A DNA stretch of 64,000 nt from Azolla caroliniana. Its lineage: Eukaryota; Plantae; Polypodiophyta. The notes under the pieces were generated by a model. It had not been told where the DNA came from. It made no database searches and saw only the letters and a list, made by a program, of their open reading frames with translations. The stretch's first letter is position 1; each line of letters starts with the position of its first letter. Where the stretch lies: NCBI GenBank assembly GCA_043228905.1, contig JBHGNT010000011.1:11408001-11472000 (forward strand). Direction: 5' to 3'. The position numbers and the translations under genes are program-made. Positions 58,335 through 64,000 of this stretch are shown here, piece by piece.

Positions 58335-61300
58335 TGTTATACGTTTTAGGGTTAGGGTTAAGGATGATAATCATGATAAAGATAGACATGGTGGTCATGA
58401 TGAGGATGATGAAGAGCATGATGATGAGAGATCGTATAGAGAAGCATAGAGAAGCATTGCGGGGTGGGGGGTGGTGCCTAGAATGGCTCCACCCCCCTCC
58501 CAAGGGGATTCAACGTTGAGGGGGAGAGAGAGAGAGAAAGAGGGATGACAAGAGAGAGATTAGGAGAGAAATGGTTCATTCTTCATTCATTCCCCATAAG
58601 GGGTTAAATAGTACAAGAGGGGGTAGTTACAAAGGGGTGTAAGCCCCATAGAGCATTCATACTGGACACTCACTCACACCTCATCGTATCCCTCCACATG
58701 CACACACGTGTGCATGTGTTCACATACATATCAACTCACAATTACATTTATGTTCCCTACACATATACAACATCATCATGATAATATTCGACCCTCGCTC
58801 ATCACACTTGACTCTCCGTACAACTCGTACGGGGTAACACATATGGCACGCCCGTGGGAAAGTGCGTTGCACGTCGATCCCACATGCCTTGATGATGATA
58901 TCTCTTCGACCGGAACTTCCATCGGTCCTTTCAACGATCGATTCCCTCGATCGGAGCGCTTGACTCGATCATCTCCATCGGTCAGCGACTTTTCCGCGAC
59001 ACGAACATTCTCATTCTGTCGTCTTACGAACTTTGGTATCCTCTTTCGGGTCCTTAAAAATGTTGTGTGCATGTATGTTATTCTTTGTTGATTTTGTGAG
59101 TTGTCATGGTCGATCACGTCCATTTCTTTAGGTGGATGAGATTTCAAAATTTCATAGGTGCCCTTTGATTTTTAAAATTTTCTTATATACCCTCAGGTTT
59201 TTACAATTATGTTTGATACCCTCATCTTTCTTTTTCTTCTTTCCTTGTTCTTTCTTCCAGTTCTTCCTTATTCTTCCGTCTGTGCCTTTCTCTCTCTTCT
59301 TTCTTTCTGCATTCGTTTCCCGCTTCTCTACTTGCTTTCGTTTCTCCCTCATTCTTCTTCCTTCTCTTTTCTCGCGTTTTGCTCCTGGAGCAAATTCTTC
59401 TTCCTCTTTTCTCTTCTTCTCCATCTCGTTTTCTGTTGCCTATTTGGCCATGACTGCATATCTTCATCTGGCCGTATCGGCCGTTGTCCCGCCGTTTGTC
59501 TAGTCGCTCTGACCGTCGACGTTGTCTGACCACTGCTCCGGTCGATGTCCATCACTATTGTCGCTGTCTCCGTCACGTCGTTTGGTCGTCTTCATCGTTG
59601 TCTTTATGGTCCTGCATCGTGGTTGTCTCCATCTACATATTCGTTTCATCTCCTTCCGGCCGGTTGTCGTCTCTGTCCATCTATGGCTGTAGGTCATCTC
59701 TATTTATGATCGGAGATCTCCGTCTCTGTCTCTATCGCTTCTCGGCCACTCATGACCGTTGGTTGTCATCAGTCCTCTGTCCGTCGTTGTTCTGGTCGAT
59801 GCCGACTGTGTCCAGCAGTTGTTGTCTGCCGACTATCAGTTGGTTGCTGTCCGACCACCACTCAGTTGTGGACTCCGTCACCGTCACCGTCACCGTCTCT
59901 GTCGGTTTCTATCCGTTTGAGTCTGCGTCTCTGTCTCTCTCTGGCGGCAGTTGTATGTCGCTATCCCGTCCATTCGGCCGCCTTTGTTTGACGTGTCTCT
60001 GTATCTAGCCGTTGCTGTATTCGACTATTCCGGCCGCTTCAGCCATCATTTTGGCTCTGTCTCCATCTCCCGCCGTCGCCATCTCCGACCGTTGCTGTTT
60101 GGCCGTCTCTGTTTTCCGTCGTCCTCCGACACCGTCCGTCTTCCTGGCGGCCTGTCTGCTTCCCCGGCCTTGTCTGGTCCTCCGGCCGCTCCGGCCGCTC
60201 CAGCCACTGTCTGGCTATTCCGACTGGTTTCCGGCCCTTCCGGCAGCTTTTTCTGCCGTCTGGCCCGTCGTTTCATTGTCATTCGGCGTCTCGTCTGCTG
60301 TTCGACCTAGGGTTTGCTCATGGCTTTTGGGGTCTCTGGCCCTTTCCGTCTCTGTCCGGCTGTATCTCCGACAGAAACCGTTTTCATCTCTCGTTGTCTT
60401 CGTCTGGCGCCCTGAGCCTTTTGTCCGTCAATGTTGTTGTCGAGTCACCCTCGTTGGTCCTGCTGTCTTTGCATGTGTGTGTTTGTTGTGATGTCCCTTT
60501 TTCTGGTTGTCGATGTTTGGTCCACGTCTGCATCTTCTTCTCTGTCTTCGATGCCCCTTCGGTGATAACCAACTTTGGTTCTTGTTCCGATTCCGGTTCC
60601 ACTCTCTTTGCGTTGTTTCTTCTGGAACCATAGCCCATGCATTCGCAGCACATCCTGCCTGCCTCCGCTCCACACACTGCGTCTTCCACCGCAGTCTTCA
60701 GGTGGGCTTCTCTTACCGGTCGTGCTGGCACCGGTTCCCTCTGCGTCGCTGTTTTTCCAGCCGTGCAACTTGCACCACGCATTCGAACACGCACATTGTC
60801 ACTAACCGCATTCGGAAACACGTACATGGACACCAATCGCAACCTTGCACAAACATCGTTTCCATTCATGAATTCTTTCATCGCATTGTCATTTCCTGCA
60901 CTCACACAAATATGTCGCTATGGCCTTCATCACCGCGTATCATTCTTTGACTCCGTTTCCAAAGGGGGGTCGCCGTAGTGGTCGCCAAAAGGTGTTATAC
61001 GTTTTAGGGTTAGGGTTAAGGATGATAATCATGATAAAGATAGACATGGTGGTCATGATGAGGATGATGAAGAGCATGATGATGAGAGATCGTATAGAGA
61101 AGCATAGAGAAGCATTGCGGGGTGGGGGGTGGTGCCTAGAATGGCTCCACCCCCCTCCCAAGGGGATTCAACGTTGAGGGGGAGAGAGAGAGAGAAAGAG
61201 GGATGACAAGAGAGAGATTAGGAGAGAAATGGTTCATTCTTCATTCATTCCCCATAAGGGGTTAAATAGTACAAGAGGGGGTAGTTACAAAGGGGTGTAA

Positions 61301-61497
61301 GCCCCATAGAGCATTCATACTGGACACTCACTCACACCTCATCGTATCCCTCCACATGCACACACGTGTGCATGTGTTCACATACATATCAACTCACAAT
61401 TACATTTATGTTCCCTACACATATACAACATCATCATGATAATATTCGACCCTCGCTCATCACACTTGACTCTCCGTACAACTCGTACGGGGTAACA
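58335..61497 (+). mobile_element. Non-autonomous Gypsy unit with two apparently identical 505-bp LTRs (58335-58839, 60993-61497)
   Basis: TG...CA ends, tRNA-Arg-type PBS TGGCACGCCC at 58844, purine tract AAAGGGGGG at 60961, CT-rich interior without recognisable domains. Confidence 0.88.
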
Positions 61498-61519
61498 CAT
61501 ATGGCACGCCGGGTGGGAC

Positions 61520-62062
61520 AATTTTGCGGAGAATGTTCTGCAACGTTTTGTTGGTGGACTCTGCTAACCCGTTCGCTTGTGGGTAGTACGGTGTGCTCCA
61601 TTTATGAACCACGGCATAGAACGTTGTTAAGCTTTCCACTACCTGGCCGAGGAAGTGCCCTCCTTGGTCGCTGATTAATTCAATCGGACATCCATATCGG
61701 CACCAAATGTTTTCGTACAGGAATTTTGCTGTGGATGACGCGGTATTGTCTCTCAAGGCCTTAGCCTCCACCCATTTAGTGCAATAATCCGTTGCCACGA
61801 TGACATAACGATTACCTGTTCTCATTGCCGGTGGCTTGAACGGTCCGACAAAATCCAACCCCCACTTCTGGAATGGCTCTAGTGGAAGTACCGGTTGGTG
61901 TGGCATCCGTGCTTGCTCCGTAGGCTGGCCCATTCGTTGGCATAGGTCACATTCCTTAGCATACTTGACGGCGTCTTTTAACGTCGTGGGCCACCATAAG
62001 CCGCTCTGCCATACTTTCCTTGCCGTCGCTTCCCCGGCATAGTGTCCTCCGGCAACCCCACA
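61520..62062 (-). pseudogene. Inverted Gypsy integrase fragment
   Basis: CGVAGGHYAG..C..C, PFQKWGLDF, ISDQG and PQANGLAESTNKTL; same lineage as 11160-11710. Confidence 0.9.
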
Positions 62063-62111
62063 GTTTTGGCGACCACGATTCCTGCTTTCTCGCAGCGAAC
62101 GACGGTAATGG

Positions 62112-64000
62112 ATGACTAGACCAACGCACGACTTGGTTACAGACCGAGCTCGACGCCTCGCCGAACGGCAAAGACGGCGTGAGACTTTCCAGCAAGCAGC
62201 GCAGGAAATTCGCTCGGATCGTTCGTTCTCCAACGAGATCCGGAGAGTCGCGGAGGAATCTCTCCGGTTACGGCAAACTCGCGACCAGGACGACGGAAGC
62301 AGTCTAAGTAGTCTCCGGGAAACCGAACGACTCCTGGCGGCGCTGGCAAGCGGAGAAAACGAGGCAGAAGCCTTTTCAGCCTACGAATCGGATTCCGAAG
62401 GGGGATACAGCGTGCACACGAACTACTGGAGCAGCAACGATACCCCCGGCGGCCCGGAGGACGACGGGTCGGATACCGTGCCGACTCTAGAACCGGAACC
62501 GCTCAACCAGGGCTATCCGGAACCGCAAACGGAAGCCGTCAACCCACCAACACCGGAATTGGAAGAAGCAAAACCACCGACACCAACGAAAGAGCCGGCA
62601 AAGGTACCGGAAGAAGAGCCGGTGAAGGAACCGGAAAAAGAACCGGAAAAAGCACCGGCAAAAGAACCGGAAGTGGAACCGGAGAGAAAACCGGAAAGTT
62701 ATCAACAAACGCCACTAAACCGCGGCCTAATACTGGACGACGACATGCCGTTCCAATATTCAAAGTATCGCGATGATCCGGACGCGGAAGCGCATGTTCA
62801 TGACTTCGAGCAGACGTGGGAAGCAAATCACACGTCCCAGCGAATGACACCGGAGGAAGAGGAACGCTCGAAGATAGCGGAATTCGGAGTCACGTTGGAG
62901 GGACCGGCGACACGATGGCGGCGTACGCAGGACCCGGCGACCATCACAACCTTTGCAGAATAAAAAGCAAAATTCTTGCATTTTTTCCACAAGGAGGTCG
63001 ACCAGACGACAATGGTGGGCCTGTTTTATACGATCCGGCAGGGGGCAGGGGAAAGCATTCCCCAATTCGTCATCCGTTTCCAACGAATGCATAGCCAGCT
63101 GGCCCGTGCACCCCCGGAGGAGGAATTACGAACGATATTTTTAAACGCACTCCGGGAACCGTTACGCACGGTGTGTACGGTAATCGACTTTCGAGGATGC
63201 ACCATCGACCAGGTCATTGACCGGGTCAGAGAAATGGAAAAGACAAGCTCATGGCTTACGCTGGGAACACTGCAACGGGCGTTACCCACCGAGGAAGATC
63301 TCCGGTTCCGGCAGGCAATTCAATGCACAATCTGCTTGAATGCTGGACACTCGGCAGTAGAGTGCACCATGCGCACTCAGTGTGTGATTTGTCAATCCAA
63401 GAGTCATACAACGGACCGGTGCGAGTACAACCTGTTAAATCGACAAGCACCACCCGTCCGACGGATCGAGCCAAGAAGCAGCCGAGACGAAGATGACGAT
63501 CGTTGGCAAAGAATGAACCGGTACCCACCGGCACAGGATGTCCGGTACGGGGACAGGCAAGAGAATGATGGCCGGTACGGGAATCGGCGTGATAACTACG
63601 ACCGGTATGAGCGATCGGACCGTTATCGGGAGCCCAACAGACGACACGAGCAATACGACAGAGACCATTCCCCGGGTTACCGAAGGCACCAGGAGGACTA
63701 CGGCCGATTTTACGATCTACCACGACCGGACTACCGAAATAAAAATAAGAATAATAAGAAACGTAATTTCAAGAAAGGTGGTCACACTAGGGACCCGGAA
63801 CAGGGAACCCCAAGGAGCCAACCGGCACAGAACGCACCACTCACTACGGGACCGACCCCGGCTACCAGCAATGCTGAATCCAACAATACCCGTAAAGAGT
63901 ACTGCTACTACTGCAGGCAGGAAGGCCACTACAGTAACCAGTGCCCGGTAAAGAGCTACGAGAAACGACCAGCAGTTAATATGGTGGTTCCGGAAGTGAC
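62112..64000 (+). pseudogene. Non-chromovirus Gypsy gag with one in-frame TAA (62961-62963) and three CCHC knuckles; runs off the right edge
   Basis: The frame continues after the stop: IRQGAGESI, CTICLNAGHSAVEC, CVICQSKSHTTDRC, CYYCRQEGHYSNQC...PAVNM (cf. ~7650-7720). Confidence 0.85.

Noticed and set aside
58840-60992. Captured host gene in the non-autonomous interior
   Set aside because: The ORFs are biased in composition (CT-rich) with no recognisable domain or splice structure.

Overview
Eukaryotic, repeat-dense land-plant DNA. The Sola-like transposase, Tcn1/Tf1-type chromoviruses and non-seed-plant-type Gypsy gags point to a fern, lycophyte or bryophyte (inference). About 85% of the window is nested LTR retrotransposons. 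The only host gene is an intact 8-exon PITH-domain gene (33638-37863, 175 aa). Elements with LTRs, primer sites and TSDs resolved by eye: two near-identical Copia copies (15460-20806 with one nonsense codon; 51425-56760 intact with apparently identical LTRs), an older Copia (21619-32229) carrying four nested insertions, several Gypsy and chromovirus remnants, gag-only tRNA-Trp-primed elements, a TRIM-like element and several solo LTRs. Most unusual signals: (1) an antisense tRNA-like A-box/B-box module in the U3 of several unrelated LTR families; (2) a CCGG-repeat U3 module shared by a Copia LTR and an unrelated 4-bp-TSD LTR; (3) a Tf1-style 11-nt self-priming site in the TRIM; (4) three internal inversions in Gypsy elements. 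All comparisons were made by eye; no alignments or database searches were run.
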